The position numbers and the translations under genes were made by a program. The notes below the pieces were generated by a model. It had not been told where the DNA came from. It did no database searches and saw only the letters and a list, made by a program, of their open reading frames with translations. A DNA stretch of 62,274 nt, the filler included, from Basidiobolus ranarum (Eukaryota): assembly GCA_040143965.1 (NCBI GenBank). It is 7 parts of 7 records of this genome, joined end to end, with 100 filler letters (N's around TTAATTAATTAA, not from the genome) between each part and the next. Parts side by side here need not be neighbours in the genome. Positions count along the whole stretch, not along the records: positions 53,487 to 62,274 come from JASJQH010000920.1; 6 more parts are not named here. One strand, written 5' to 3'. This document shows, in pieces, positions 61,870 to 62,274 of the stretch; position 1 is the first letter of the stretch; each line of letters starts with the position of its first letter.

Positions 61870-62205
61870 ACGGAATCAATTGGCCCATATTTAGTAGATT
61901 GCCGCTTGTACTAGCAACAAATTTGTGATGCAGTAATTGAACCGAATCAATTGCCCGATATTTGGTATATTGCCGCTTGTACCAAATCCCATATCTGCGG
62001 GTCATCAGAACTCCATTTCCAATACAAATTGTTGAGACTGTGATTGGACAAAATTAACTGGCCCATATACGGTAGATTGCCTCTTGTACTAACAACAAAG
62101 AATTGATACTGTGATTGGGCAGAGACAGTTGAGCCATATTTGGTATATTTCCGCTAGTACTAAATCCCACAACTGTGGGTCATCAAACTTCCATTCCGAA
62201 TACAA
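61870..62205. repeat. Higher-order tandem repeat: 2 x 178 bp, each with two ~42-bp cores
   Basis: Core aatcaattggcccatatttggtagattgccgcttgtact (variants) starts near 61874, 61945, 62052 and 62123, with spacings 71, 107, 71. Confidence 0.85.
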
Positions 62206-62274
62206 TACCACAAATTGCGATGTGAGGCAGGGGTATCTGCGGATTAATTGATGCCTTACTCTGGAAAATACATG

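Noticed and set aside
61870-62205. Repeat-spacer pattern as a CRISPR array
   Set aside because: Cores are degenerate, the intervening sequences are themselves duplicated, spacing alternates, there are no cas genes, and the context is eukaryotic.

Overview
Eukaryotic, intron-rich fungal DNA. Gene families, intron style and TE types point to an early-diverging lineage (Zoopagomycota/Mucoromycota, Basidiobolus-like; this is inference). The window is NOT one locus. It is seven unrelated contigs of decreasing length (8832, 8828, 8823, 8806, 8804, 8793, 8788 bp) joined by artificial 100-bp N44-TTAATTAATTAA-N44 spacers, so adjacency across gaps means nothing. Intact genes, with exons resolved by hand: CHMP7/Cmp7, an alpha-arrestin, an OPT/YSL transporter, VPS55, KIN1/MARK kinase, KU80, a Laa2-like AP-1 accessory protein, MPP-beta, the 3' end of a Tom1/HUWE1 HECT ligase, an NRAMP transporter, a secreted gamma-glutamyltranspeptidase, TIM13, a small secreted Ig-like protein and an intronless LtaS/sulfatase-like membrane enzyme. 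Decayed Ty1/copia and CACTA (tnp2) elements fill contig 3 and the start of contig 7, and one AT-rich repeat family recurs in four contigs. The two most notable signals are absent from the ORF track. (1) A C-terminal remnant of a Fanzor (eukaryotic TnpB-like RNA-guided nuclease; RRLWNRDFAAVLTFRHIL) at about 965-1175, apparently cut off by a repeat carrying telomere-like motifs. (2) A probable single-nucleotide microexon in VPS55 at 29843. No complete novel multi-gene system is visible, and there are no rRNA, tRNA or CRISPR arrays I can support.
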